Source: Mobula hypostoma
Taxonomy: Eukaryota
Reading direction: 5' to 3'
DNA length: 64,000 bases
Assembly: GCF_963921235.1 (NCBI RefSeq)
Contig: NC_086097.1
Span: 34,970,001 to 35,034,000 of the forward strand
A program made the position numbers and the translations under genes. Position 1 is the first letter of the stretch, and every line of letters begins with the position of its first letter. Below the pieces are notes generated by a model. That model was not told the DNA's origin, ran no database searches, and was given only the letters and a program-made list of their open reading frames with translations. This document shows, piece after piece, positions 37,809-50,983 of the stretch.

Positions 37809-38270
37809 AAGGAGATCACCCAGAATTGCTAGCCTGCCATTAAATTACCTTGCAAATCTTATCCCTATAATAATGGCAGCATTACGTGCACCAAAAAATC
37901 CCGTAAACAACAATGAAATAAACAAGCAGGTCATTCATTTTGATAGTCTTTTTTGATGACAGAGGGGAGTGTAGCAAGATAACTTGCAACCTGAACAAAT
38001 CAATACAGCCTGTTTTAAGGTCATTGCTATATTGTAGTAACGGTCTAGATTGCATATTCAAGTTTCTGGAGTGGAACTTGAACCCGTGATCTTTCACCTC
38101 AGAGGAAAGAATGCCACAGCTGAGACAAGTCTAAGAAAATCAATTGGATTAATATTAGTCTCCTTATCTTTAAAATCCTTTCTGTTAAACCTTTTATTAT
38201 TGCTCAACTCTAATACTTCCTTTGAGGAACAGTAGGAAGGTTTGAAAAATTAAATTCAATCTTCTTTGTT

Positions 38271-38512
38271 GGGCACGTGGCCAAGTGGTTAAGGCATTCG
38301 TCTAGTGATCTCAAGGTCGCTAGTTCGAGCCTCAGCTGTGGCAGCGTGTTGTGTCCTTGAGCAAGGCACTTAATCACACATTGCTCTAGTGTCTGTGCGA
38401 GGAGAGGCGCCCCACACAGACTTCCAATCTGTGCCTTGTAAGGCATGAAAATGCCCAACACAAGCCTCTCATGTTCTGAGTCGATGTTCATCTGAGTCGA
38501 TGTTCCCTCCTC
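38271..38512 (+). mobile_element. tRNA-derived SINE with CORE-like central motif
   Basis: A-box TGGCCAAGTGG, B-box GTTCGAGCC, then gtgtccttgagcaaggcacttaa; second copy at 51525-51747. Confidence 0.85.
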
Positions 38513-39091
38513 CCCTTCTTGCAAGTTATTTACCTGTTTACTAAATAGGAATGTTAAAAACTACACATCTTTATTGGATATACCAATATGTAAATATAGC
38601 CCTTAATAGCAGTTTAGCTCTAATGCGAACTGCAATTACTAACAAATGTTATTCTTGCTCAAAACAATTTGCCTTGCAATTGACTTTAATAATAAGCCAT
38701 GCTTTATTATATTGCTACATTTAATTAGTACTTGTGTTTAACAGTCAGTCATTGTAATAGGAACACTGTAAGCCTTGGTAATGAATTATTCTAATTATAT
38801 ACCGATTTTAATCAAATGGGAAGTGCCAAGTACTTCAGTTATATTTTCTTTACACACAAAATTGCTATTGGATTTTTGTTAGTAATTTCCTTTTGTTGAT
38901 CATTAAGATCATTAATACACTAGATTGGGCTTTAATTGATTTTTAAAAATGGCTTTATAGTTCATTTCAGCTGTACGTCTTATTTTCTCTAAAGGTTTTA
39001 AAACTTTTTTTAAAAATACATTCCTTGTTCAACTTACTGTAGTTTGGAGGGGCAACGTTTCTATCTATTCATCTCTGTATCTACTCCTATC

Positions 39092-39772
39092 AAACTTCAA
39101 AGTAAAATTTACTATCAGAGTACATACATGTTACCACACACAACTCTGCGATTCTTTTTCTGCAGATGTACTTAGCAAGTCTATAGAACAGCAACTGTAA
39201 ACTGGATCTGTAAACTGTAAACATCAAGAACTGTAAACAAACTGCAAATACAGATATAAAAAATTAGCAATAAATAATGAGCATGAAATAACAAGATAAA
39301 AGAAGTCTTTAAATGAGTGTAATTCAAGAGCCTGATAGTTCAGGGGTAATAACTGATCTTGAATCTGGTAGTGTGAGTTCTAAGGCACTTGTACCTTCTA
39401 TCTGATGGCAGCAGTGAGAAAAGAGCATGGTCCGGGTGGTGAGGATCTTTGATGATGGATGCTACTTTTCTACGGCAACATTTCATGTAGATGTGTTCAA
39501 AGGCTGGGAAGGTTTTACCTGTGATGCACTGGGCCAAACTTTTATAGGGCTTTCCATTCACAGGCATTGGTGTTCCCATACCAGGTTGTAATGCAGTCAG
39601 TCAGCACACTTTCCACCACACGTCTATAGAAGTTTGCCAAGGTTTTCGATGACTTGCCGAAACACCACAGACTCCTGAGGAAGTAGAGGGGCTGTTGTGC
39701 TTTCTTTGCAATTATATTTATGTGATGGGTCCAGGACAGGTCCTCTGAGATAGTGACACCCAGGAATTCAAG
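39092..39772 (-). mobile_element. Rex1/Babar-like LINE 3' fragment
   Basis: ORF CRRKVASIIKDPHHPDHALFSLLPSDRRYKCLRTHTTRFKISYYP. Confidence 0.85.
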
Positions 39773-41689
39773 GTCTCATTCCGACTGCAGACTGGAGCAA
39801 CACTGGGCAGATATTTTCCTCTACTTGGAGAGAGGATCGATTTTTCCCAGCTAGGCAGGGACTGGGAATTGTTGTGTAAAATCCAGTTGCTCACTTTGAT
39901 ATGGTTTACTTGCTTATCAATACTTAATATATTGGTTAAGAATTCATAACCAATATATCAACAAATACAGCAAGAAGATGGGGCAATTTTTTTTGAAGTA
40001 TTGCTTATATGATTATAGAACGGGAAACAAGTCTTTGTGACAATTATGTTTGGGAAAGAGAGCATGACAAACCAATATGCCTACAGATCTGAAACTCCTA
40101 CCTTTGTAACCAATAACCGATCCGCATGGAACTGGAAGCATTTCTTCACAAACACTCTGGTAGATTTTAGGACCCCTGTGGATTCCGTTGTCTTACCAAC
40201 AATCCTGGCTGCAGCCTGTTGTGTTGAATTCAGCAAATGGTAGAAGTTATATTTAGCTTTATCCAAACTATTAATTGCTGCTTCCACAGGATACTGCCTG
40301 TCAAGATATGAGGAGATTAGTCTCAGTCAGGCTTTTGGCTTCCTTTTGCTCTCTAAATCCCAGGGTTCCCCCTCCTTCAGAGGTTCTCTCTGAAATCACA
40401 GGTTCTCATCTCCTTCCAGTAAGGAATTAGATCCTGTTTCCGAAACACAATTCTCTCCTGGTCCTTCTGTATTCGTCCAAAGGGAGAGTACTATATCAAA
40501 ACCTGGGTCCTAGTTTGACCCATTTTGTCCATCTTCATCTGGTTACAGCTGGACTACTGATTGTCACACGACCATCTTCATTTACCACATCCATCATGTA
40601 GTGTCATTACTGGTAGTTATTTTCTGGAGCATGTACCTGATTGCTCCATCATGGATATCGTGACAAAGTCACACTGTCTTAACCTAGTTCTTCAGTTTTT
40701 TTGTTTTTTTGACGAGAGTAACAACTGGCTCTTCCGTTCACCGTTAAGGCTTTGGGAAGTATTTCAGAGAGGACACATTGTTGGTAATCGCACAACTAAC
40801 AGACGGCTATTGTCTTGTTATTTTCAATTTAATAGGCTTTTAAGTCCTCGAATCCCAGCAAGGCCTAGCAACCCCCAATGAGAAGAACGAGAATGAGAGA
40901 ATGCCACTTTGCAGCCATGCTCCTTTAACTCCAGGATGTGTCTCTCTGTATTTATGTCTATTTCACAGCTTAACTGCCACTGAACTAAAACAGTTTCTGG
41001 TTCATAATTCTATCATCAGCCATTCAATATCTGAATATTTATTCTTCCAATTAAATTGTTACCAATTCCTTCATATTTTCTTAGCATTCTCAGAAAACTT
41101 ATTAACTGTCCTTGGGGTAACTGATTTGTAGCAACCTCCAAATGTTTGTTCAGATGGAAACTACCGTTCATTCTTCTGTTCTGGGATGATTATGTAACCC
41201 TTCGATTACTATATACCTGCTGCTGAATTCTGCGTGGTTATAAGAAACTATGGATTCTGGAAATCTGAAATAACATCAGAAAATGCTGGAAACACTCAGC
41301 AGGTCAAGCAATATCAGTGGAGAGAGAAATAGAGTTAAAATTTTGATAACAACTGTATACAGAATTTTCTGAGGAAGTCTCCAGGGAATGCAAATGAGCC
41401 TTCTGAGATTCTCCTAGCTTCGACACTGGGGAATCTCTTGTTAAATCCAGTGAAGGTTTTCATTTAGCTGAAGGTAGCAGATCTTGAGGAAAGATAGGGA
41501 GGATAATCCTGGCCAAAGACTGGATAAATGGAAAACTTAATGAACACCCTTCTAAAAAGTGGCAGACCAATTCTTAGCATTGCGCTCGCCAATGATTTGT
41601 GAACAGGGCAAATGAATCGTGGCAGAACAACAAACAATCATACAACAAACTCTGGCAAGCAGCATACCTAAAGGATATAACGATCATGA

Positions 41690-42005
41690 TAAAGATTAAG
41701 ATTAGTTTTAATGTGTCACCTGTACATTGAAACATAGTGAAAAGCATCATTTGTGTCAGATCTAATCACTGGGCTGCCTGCAAGTGTTTCCATGCTTCTG
41801 GCGTTGGCATAACGTGCCCACAACTCACGAACCCTCACTGTACGCGTTTGGAATGTGGGATAAAAGCAGAGTATCCAGGGGAAACCATGTGACCACTGGC
41901 AGAGTATACAAACTCTTTACAGACAGTGGCAGGAATCAAACCCTGATCATACGAGGCTGGTGCTGTAAAACGATTGTGCTAACCGCTATACAACTGTGCT
42001 GCCCC
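41690..42005 (-). mobile_element. Degenerate V-SINE-like element
   Basis: tttggaatgtgggataaaagcagagtatccaggggaaaccatgtgaccac is the reverse of the V-domain; tRNA-like head at ~41925-42005. Confidence 0.6.
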
Positions 42006-43164
42006 AAAATAGTGGAATCAGTACAAGAGTAGGTGGAAGTTAGTGACATAGAAATTAACTATCTGCCAACTAAAGCCAACAGGCTTGATTTGTAGGATTT
42101 ACTCCTTTTCAAGAATTTACTTTGTTCATTGCCTTGCTTGTGCCACGACATACAGCCATAAACATAACCCATTTCCATTGACGACAAACACATTTTCAGA
42201 ACAGGCAGGTCCAGTCCAATCTAATCTATAAAGGAAGAGGCTTCCCAAGTGGACAGGCTTGACTGCTTTCATTGAGAGAGTCTAATACCTCATTGGCAAG
42301 TGGTATAATATTTTGGCCAGATTTCACCTCGTGGCCATTTACGGTCAGCGTGTCATAAGATTCAAAGCAGCGTAGAGAACCTCACAGCTAATCACTGGAG
42401 CTGAGTTAGGTATAAACATTAGAAGGAATTGCAAGCTTAGCTTTAAAACGAAGCAGATGTGAGGTTCTTAATGAACTGGAATGGGCGAACTTCATCTGGA
42501 GCTCTATTTCTAACAGTACTATTACTTCAGGATGCAGAAACACAAATGGTGAAAGGCAATTTCCAGGACTGATGTACTCTCTGAGCAGGTTTAGTAGATA
42601 TTCAAATATTCTTCCACATCTGCAGACGATAAAGAGTTGTTTAAGAGGGGGGTTGATGTTAATGGGGAGGGCAGTATTTAAAACATTAGCTGGAGATGAA
42701 TGGCACCTCCTCCCCATCTCCAAACTTTGGATCAGTTGCACCAGTAATTAAGGATGCATATGGAATCTTAAACATACCACATGTCACATTAACAGGATCA
42801 AATTTCACTTCATCTGTCCGGTGAAGGGTGCAAGGGCTCAGAAAACAGTCAATTTTTCCATAAGGAGGTGATAGAAATGTTGACCATTTATCATTGTCAG
42901 CTACAACCCTTTTTAAAGCACTAAGTATAAAATATGAAAGTTAAGAGGACATCTGCTTCACATTTGTTCAATATATTCTGTTATAATTCTAAACTTGAAT
43001 AAAAAGAGAATTCAAATCAAATATATCATGGAAACTCCCAATCGTGTTCTCCAATGAATTGCATTGTGATGAAGAGACTGAGTTTTGCAGTCCGTGTTTC
43101 TTTTCAAACTGAATGCAAGATCTCTTGGTGAGACTGTATTCTAGCATTGACATTTTTACTGCAA

Positions 43165-43700
43165 TTACATAGGACCCTGGTGAGGCGTGCACCTGGAGTA
43201 TTGTATATAGGTCTTGACTCCATAAGGGTTTTCGTGTAATTGAAGGAGTGAAACAGTTCACCAGATTGATTCCTGGGATGGAAGATGGAGCTGTCTAATG
43301 AGGAAATATTAAGCAGACTGGGCCTTTACTCTCTGGAGCTTAGAAGAATGAATGATCTAATTGAAACATATAAGATTCTTAAGGGGCTTCACTGGGTAGA
43401 AGCAGAGATAACTTCCCCCTTTAGAATGTCTAAAATCAGGAGTTACTGTTTCAAAATAAGGGATTAGACATTTACAAATAGAAATTTCTTCATCCCAAAA
43501 GGTAACAAACTTTTGGAGTTCTTTACCCAAGAGGACAAAGGAAGTTTATGTTCAAGACAGAGAACAATAGATCTCTGCACATTAACAGAACAAGGGATCT
43601 AGAGTAGGTGGGAGAAATTGAAGCTGAGGGAAAGGATTGGGTAAAATATTACTGAACTGTGGAGCCAACATGAAGTGTTGATTGGTCTACTGTGCTTAAA
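43165..43700 (+). mobile_element. Old CR1 LINE fragment
   Basis: LSNEEILSRLGLYSLELRRMNDLIETYKILKGL. Confidence 0.75.
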
Positions 43701-43857
43701 TTGGCTATGGAAATTTAATGGAGTAATATTAGCCAATTCTTTTACCTACTGTATATGTGCCAAAGTGCATCTTCATCTAGCTTGAAATTATGCCACAAGT
43801 CCTCTTGGAGGTTTCCATTGGGACGTGTCAATCCATCTCATCAACTGATCCATTTAT

Positions 43858-44382
43858 TTGGTTGAGAGTGTGCTGACCTTTTGCATCACAACCTGGTACT
43901 CCAGCTGCAGTGCTGTCGACAAAAAAGCCTTGCAGAGGGTGGTTAGGGGAGCAGAGAAGGTTATTGGGGTCTCCCTACCTTCTGTCCAAGACCTCTTTCA
44001 GAGTCGATGCCTCCAGAAGACACGGTACGTCGTTAAAGACCCCTCACACCCTCTCCATGAACTGTTTGTTCTTCTGCCATCAGGCAAACGTTACAGGAGC
44101 ATCAAAACTAAAACCACAAGGCTACTAAACAGCTTCCTCCCACAGGCAGTCAGACTGCTAAATAGCTGCTCTACCTGACTCTGCTTTGCACTGGACACTT
44201 ATAATTTGATTTTAACTGACATGTGGCTGTTGTGTTTTACTATTTACTGTTATGTTTATTATTTAGCGTTGCGTTTGTTATGTTATGATTGCACTGCTCC
44301 TGAGAAACGCTGTCTCATTCTGCCCTGCAGAGCTGATGTATGGTTAGAATGACAATAAAGTTTTTTGAATCTTTGAATCTTT
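43858..44382 (+). mobile_element. Young Rex1/Babar LINE 3' end
   Basis: Uninterrupted VESVLTFCITTWY...ALQRVVRGAEKVIG..LP...DPSHPLHELFVLLPSGKRYRSIKTKTTRLLNSFLPQAVRLLN; AATAAA and (ttgaatct)n tail. Confidence 0.9.
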
Positions 44383-45204
44383 ATACTCTCAAGTATGGCT
44401 GTTTAATTACAGATATTCCTAATAAACCTCAATATCCTTGAAAGATCTATCATCAGTTGAAGTCCTTGTGGCCTGGGGTGAACTAAGAGAGTAGAAAGGG
44501 CAGAGAGACAGTAGGACAATCAAGAGCAGTTCAGGCAAAGTGGGTACTGACCCATCAAGCTGGAACTCACAGACCGGAAAGGGACCCGGCGTGGTGGAGG
44601 TTCTGCGGAGCTGAGACGGATACTGCAGGGTGGAACTCAAGTGATCTGAAAGGGTGATGGCCAAGTGGACCGTGTGGGATGAACAACGAGACAATTATTC
44701 AAGAAATACGCAACTATTCATGTCATCGGTCGCCGGGTAATGAAAGGTGAATGAAAATGGAACGGGAAAAGTGAACGTGAACGTGGGCGTGGCCGGGAGA
44801 CGCAGCAACGATGTGGGAATACAGGATTAGTCTAGGTGTGTAAAGGCAACATGGACATGGGCTGAAGAGCATGTTTATGTGCTGTATGTTGCTGTGACTC
44901 AACGCAGTTAACAAATAACATTCCCAATTTCCATTATCCTTGACATGAGCATCAGTGGTGAGAGAACCAGTTAGTGTTACAGATGGTTGACCTTTATTCA
45001 GTTCCAGAAGATAATGTACTTAAAGCATTAACTCTATCTGATTTACTGAATACTTACAGCTTTAATTTTAATTTCATATTTTCAACATCTATAGTCTTTT
45101 GTCCTTTAGTCTTCTTCAAACTTTATAGTTAAGCGGACTTGAAAGGAAGAAGGCAGGGTGAACCTCATTGGGGCCTAAATGGGTGATGTCCTAGTGGATT
45201 GTGT

Positions 45205-45770
45205 AAGATGGACCTGCTACCACTGATCGTCCCCCACTATTGAGCACATCAATAAAGAGTACTGCCACAAGGAAGCAGCACCCAACATCAAGGAACCTAG
45301 CCGCCCATACCATGTTCTATCCTTGGTACTGCCGCTGGGAAGGAGGTACAGAAGCCTTAGGTACCACTTCACCAGGTTAGCGAACCGTTATTACCCTTCA
45401 ACCATCCAGCTGTTGAACCACCTCAATGCTCACCTGCTCACTCAATACGGAACTGATTCCACAACCTATCAAAGTTCAAAGTAAACTTATTATCAGAGTA
45501 CGTATAAGTCACCATAGACAACCCTGAGATTTTATATTTTCTTGCGGGCATACTGTTCTCAGGTAATATTTATTTATTAATTATCTTGTTTTGTATTTGC
45601 GCGGTTTGAATTCTTTTGCACATTGGCTGCATGTCAGTCTTTGTGTATAACTATTTTCTTTGATTCTATTGTATTTCTTTGTCTACTGTGAATATTTGCA
45701 AGAAAGTGAATCTTAGGGTAGTATATGGTGACGTATACATTCTTTAATAATAAATTTACTTTGAACTTTG
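45205..45770 (+). mobile_element. Degraded Rex1-like fragments
   Basis: catcaaggaacc...ctgccgctgggaaggaggtacagaagcctt motif; aataaatttactttgaactttg tail. Confidence 0.6.
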
Positions 45771-46429
45771 GATTTTGTACCAGGAGCATGGACTGACAGA
45801 GTGAAGGGATAACTAATCTGGCTTGTGCAACAAAAATCATCTGCAGGGTCGTTTGGAAGTAGCCCTTGAAATGTGAAGAGGTACAGAATATTGACCCTGG
45901 TTTTTTTAGGGGAGGGGGATGTCTGCTGAAGTATGAACATGCAAAGAAGGCAAAGTAAAGCGAAGGGACCTAGGTAACATGGAGATCGTGGGCGGCATGG
46001 AGAAGCTCAGAAGTAACATATTAATTTGGAATGGCGATGGATTCTATGGGTTCCATCCCTTTACCATGTAGAAAGTACTCTTTGCCATTCATTCTAAAGT
46101 CATTATCACTGACTGTAGTCATAATCCCGACAACTAAGATGTCAGACTGGAAGAAAGGAGATGGCCTGTATTAAAAGGTGGAGGAAGAGCTAGAAAGTGA
46201 TGGATGGATTCAGATGAGAAGGGGTAATAAGACCAGGGAAGAGCGGGGATAGTGACAGAGGTTGGGAGGTGATAAAATGCTGCAGATGATGACCAGTCCT
46301 CCCACTGATGTTTCCTGACCTACTGAGTACTTCCTATGTTCCAGTTCCATTTCTGCTTAGTTTTTTTTTGCTCCACTTCACAATGTGGCTGATCTAATTG
46401 TAAGTCAGCTCTATATTCACTCGTAGGTT

Positions 46430-47145
46430 CCTCTGTTCTATAAGCCCTCCTGTTCATTGTGAAACCCTACTCTGGTTTGATTGCCTAAAATGCGAAATCT
46501 CACACTTATCTGAATGGATTACCATTTGATATTTCTTGACCCAATAACCAAACTGATCAAGATCCCCTTATCAAGATGACCTTCTACGCTGTCTACAAAT
46601 ACCACCTCTTTCAGTATCACAGAACATAGAACAGTACAGCACAGCACAGGAGCAAGCCATTCAGCCCACAATGTTGTGTCAAACTAGAAACTCACGAACA
46701 CTAATCTCGCCTACCTACTGCATGACCATATCCCTCCATCTTCCTTACATGCATGTGCCCATCTCTTAAAGGCCTCTAATCTATTTGCCTCTACCACCAT
46801 ACCAGGCAGTGCATTCCAGGCATTCACAACTCTCTGAGTAAAAAACTTACCCCTCACTTCCTCCTTGAACCTACACCTTCTCATCTTCAATGCATGCCTC
46901 TGGTATTGGACATTTCTACCATGGGAAGAAGACACTCTCTGTCTACTCTGTCGTTGCCTCTCATAATCTTGTAAACCTCTATCAGATCTCCCCTCAGCCT
47001 CCGACACTCCAGAGAAAATAACCCAAGTTTGTCCAGTCTCTTGTAATAGCACATGCCCTCTAAACCAGGCAGCATTCTGGTGAACCTCTTCTGCACCTTC
47101 TCCAAAGCTTCAACATCCTTCCTCTAGTGGGGTGACCAGAACTGT
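46430..47145 (-). mobile_element. CR1 LINE fragments
   Basis: EKVQKRFTRMLPGLE...RLRGDLIEVYKIMRG; GKFFTQRVVNAWNALP. Confidence 0.85.
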
Positions 47146-47223
47146 AAATTATTTGCAAATTTACATTTGCCTTGTACAGTATCTACTACATTTTTCAACT
47201 CCAGCTTCTTAAGAATCTATCTA

Positions 47224-47286
47224 CAGTACTGTGGAAAAGTCTTAGTCACATATAACTAGGGTGTCTAAGACTTATGCACAGTACTG
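47224..47286. mobile_element. 63-bp hairpin mini-MITE (Tc1-type CAGTACTGTG termini); second, older copy at 47396-47464
   Basis: TA-cagtactgtggaaaagtcttag...ctaagacttatgcacagtactg-TA. Confidence 0.8.
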
Positions 47287-47590
47287 TATATTGGTTAAAA
47301 TAGGAAGGTGGTTGGGAAACAGAAATAAGAGTACTTAGCTTTGTATTAGCTCAGTTGTATTATGTGTTATTTGGTAACTGGAAGGACATAATATACAGTA
47401 TTGTGCTAAAAGTCTTAGGTACCCCGTCTACATAGATGGGCCCAAGACTTTTTGCATCGTTCTGTACTTCTGCCTTAAAAATATTGAAAATCTCTGCTTC
47501 CAACACTGAGAGGAAGTGTCCCAAAGACTCATGTCCATCTTAGAGAGAAGAAGAAAATCATTTAATCTGATCTGTCTTTAATGGGAATCT

Positions 47591-48290
47591 ACTTCTTCTT
47601 CTTCTTTGTTTTATGGCGGGTGGCAACCAGTTTTCAGTGCATTACTGCCACCTGCTAGACTTCTTGTGTTCCAACCAAATATGTCCTGGAGTTCTCTACT
47701 TTAGACAATCTAGTTCAGCCTGCAGTTCTCTATTAGCGTCACTCACCTCCTCGTGAATGTTTAATGTGCTCATTAGATAATGCCACAAACTGCCATTCTT
47801 CCCTAACTTTGTCACGTTTTCGAGTAATTGCATTACCTCAATTAATTGATTTCATCTACATCACTTGTAAGACTAAAATCGTCTTGTTAAAGAATAATAA
47901 TTATCACTCGTTATACTTTTAAAATTGCTGTTTTTCCAAGTCTATCTGGCTTTAGAGGTTTTCCTTTTCGTGGATCGTAGCCTGCAGTTGTTTACTGAGA
48001 CCTTGGAGTTCTTCTTCATTTGCTTCCATGCTTTCATTTTATAATCTGAACGTAGATAATTCACTTTGCAACAAATTCCTTTTCCTTTTGTATCCTTGTA
48101 ATACTTTCCTACATTTTCAAATCTTTTTCCAACTCACCGTTGTTCTTGTCGGGTACGTCTATTTGTTGTTGGGAGTTCTGCACATTTACCCTGGGCTTCA
48201 ACCATAAAATCTGAGGATTTTCCTTAAGTTCTGAAACATTTCTTCAATTCTTGACCATTTGCGATAAATATACTGCCATTAAGATTCCAT
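47591..48290 (-). mobile_element. Nimb/I-clade LINE remnant, internally deleted or rearranged
   Basis: (AAG)n tail with caggtggcagtaatgcac motif on minus; near 48200-48270 the minus strand gives IANGQELKK..ELKENPQI.WLKP (with frameshift), resembling the Nimb endonuclease start. Confidence 0.6.
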
Positions 48291-48889
48291 CTCCCCTGCC
48301 TGTGAACTGTTGGATCCTCCATTCAGCATTTCTTTGACTTATTCCCACCTAATCCCTTTAATACCAAGGGAATAATAGGAATCTATTTTTAAGCACAGTG
48401 ATTCTCCATGGATTTCTATTTTTTGTACTTAAGCAGAGGCGTTCTCCTCAACAAAGCAACCTGACAGTCATGTACTTACATTTTAAGAATTCAAGACCAG
48501 TGAGAGGGGTTGACACAGTCTGGTCCTAGACTTCCCCAGTGAGATTAAAATGCCAAATGGAATATATCCAAGTTTGCTTATGTTACAAAACAAGCCGGGA
48601 AATCAATTTTTTTTTACAAGTACATGAAGAGGCTGCAAAGGGATGCAGGCAAGAAAGTTACAGAGTATAATGTGGGGGAAAAGTAAAATTATCCAGTTTG
48701 GTAGGAAGAATGAAAAGGATTCAGTGTTAAAAATAACGACTGAAGTACCAGTATACATGTGGGAGGGTGTGGTCAGAGAGATTTGGGCTTCTGTAATTAA
48801 CAGGCAAGGGCAATAAATAATTGTGGAAACAGTTGGCATTAGTGAGTTTCCTATAAGAGTATGGAAGTCTAACTGCATTAATACAGGAT

Positions 48890-49125
48890 GGGCCAGCATG
48901 GTGGGGTAGCAGTTAGTGTAACGCTGTTATAGTGCCAGCGACCCGGGATCAATTCCACCACTGACTGTAAGGAGTTCGTACATTCCCTCCATGACCGTGT
49001 GGGCTTCTCCCCACATTCTAAACACATGCGGGTCAGAAGGGCCACAATTAGTCACATGGGTGTAATTGGGTGGCGTAGGCTCGCTGGGCCGAAAGGGCAC
49101 TTTACTGTGCTGCATTTCTAAATAA
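48890..49125 (+). mobile_element. tRNA-derived V-SINE-like element
   Basis: tRNA-like head (tggggtagcagttag...gggatcaattcc), shortened V-domain, CR1-like tail gggccgaaagggcactttactgtgctg. Confidence 0.65.
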
Positions 49126-49897
49126 CTAGGTTATTGCTGAGAGAGCATCGTTGGAGTGCAGTCTAATGTTTTGGTCTCCTAATTGACTTAAATGCCTTGA
49201 AAGAGTTCGGTGCACATGTACTGGGCCATTTCCTGGAATAAGCAGCTGTTCCATGGGAAACAAATTAACCTGGTCCCAATTCCTCCAGTATTTAGGAAAA
49301 TGTGACAACATTGAAACATAAACAGGCAGATCTTCTTGGCTTGAAATGAACATCTGGCACTTAGTCATTTATGTGGCAATTAGTTCGTTATGCATGTTAT
49401 AATATGGAGAAGTGCGAAACTTTACTGAATGATAGATGATACGACATTTTTAAACAGCCAATATCACTGAATTGCTCATTGAATCCAGCTGCAGTGCTGA
49501 AACTCACAGACGAATGGGCCTAGGGACACCATCTATCTGGCTTTTAGCTCTCTGCCAGGAAGGTGGGGGGGGGGAAGGGGGAGGCAAAATCGGAGACATA
49601 ATCCCATGTTGGACATGGGACCTCCTCACTTTGGAAGAAGCATCTCAGAGAGAGCAAAGCCAGCTGCAAGATTCCCTGATGAGGGAAAGTTTGTTAATTT
49701 CACAGCCGTTTCAGGATAAACTGCTCTACTATTTCATTCACTCCTTCATAATGATATTATTTTTCATCTGGCAAGAGCTTGTAAAATCCTTTAAAGATAT
49801 TTTAATAGCTGTTTGGCTTTGTGCAATGAAAAGGACAGCAAGGCCACTGGACAGCAGATGCCCAGCAAAACTCTTGTGTCAATACCAAGAAGGTATC

Positions 49898-50448
49898 CAG
49901 TCAGTGGCCACTTTATTATGTACCTCCTGTATCTAATGAAGTGGTCACCGAGCGTATGTTCATGGTTTTCTGCTGCTGCAGCCCACCTTCTTCAAGAGTT
50001 GACGTGTTGTGCTGTTCAGAGGTGTTCTTCTGCACACCACTGCTGTAACACATGATCATTTGAGTTACTGTCACCTTTCTGTCAGCTTGAACCAGTCTTG
50101 CTATTTTCTCTGATTTTAAGGCTTTTTTGCTCACAGATCTGCTGGTCACTCGAAGTTTTTGGTTGTTTATTGCACTATTTTCTGTAAACTTTAGAGACTA
50201 TTGTGTGTGAAAACCCCAGGAGATCAGCAGTTTCTGAGATACTCAAACCACCTTGTCTGGCACTAACCAAAATTTAACAGTCAAAGTCACTTAAATCATA
50301 TTTCTTCCTCATTCTGATGTTTGGTCTGAACAACAACTGAACCTCATGTCCAAATCTGCATGTTTTTATGTATTGAGCTGTTGCCACAGGATTGGCTGAT
50401 TAGATATTTGCATTGAAGAGGTGTACCTAATGAAGTGGCCACTGTGTG
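49898..50448 (-). mobile_element. Tc1 MITE, near-complete copy with doubled (hairpin) TIR at the left end
   Basis: cagtggccactttattatgtacc...tctaatgaagtggtcaccg at left; tacctaatgaagtggccactg at right; ORF with IARLVQADRKVTVTQ. Confidence 0.85.
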
Positions 50449-50983
50449 CACATAGGGTAGTCAATGTGCCTGGTTACATGCAGACAGGAAAAAAATATTA
50501 AAAACTGATGTTAATGTCCTGCTAGACTCTACCCCAACACCCCCAAAGGGGCCCGAAAGGTTGTCTTAACTGTTTATGATTAAATTACATAATGGAAAGA
50601 AATGTCTTCTAGGGTGCTTGTTCATGTTCATGACTGGTCAGCTCGAGGAGGATTAGAAAGTGTATTGGAAACAATATTGTTTAATTTGTTATATATTTTT
50701 TAGATTTTTAAAAATAATTTGGAGTTTATTAGCTTTGTTCCTGCAAAAAGAGCATATTTTGAGCCACTGTTATTTGACTAGCATTTACCACTTCAACATT
50801 AACTTCATATCTCGCTACACAAAGGTTGCCTGACTTGCTGAGAATTTTCATTATCTTTTTAATATATTAGTAGAGAATCAACAATGATTTAGTATGAAAA
50901 TGCCAACTTACTCAACCTAATATGAAAGCTTCCTCCAAATAGAACAGCAAAAATACATGTACAGTTCATGAAGTATCGAAATA

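Noticed and set aside
38271..38345. Possible tRNA gene (also 51525, 17803, 48890)
   Set aside because: A and B boxes run directly into SINE bodies and no full cloverleaf is evident
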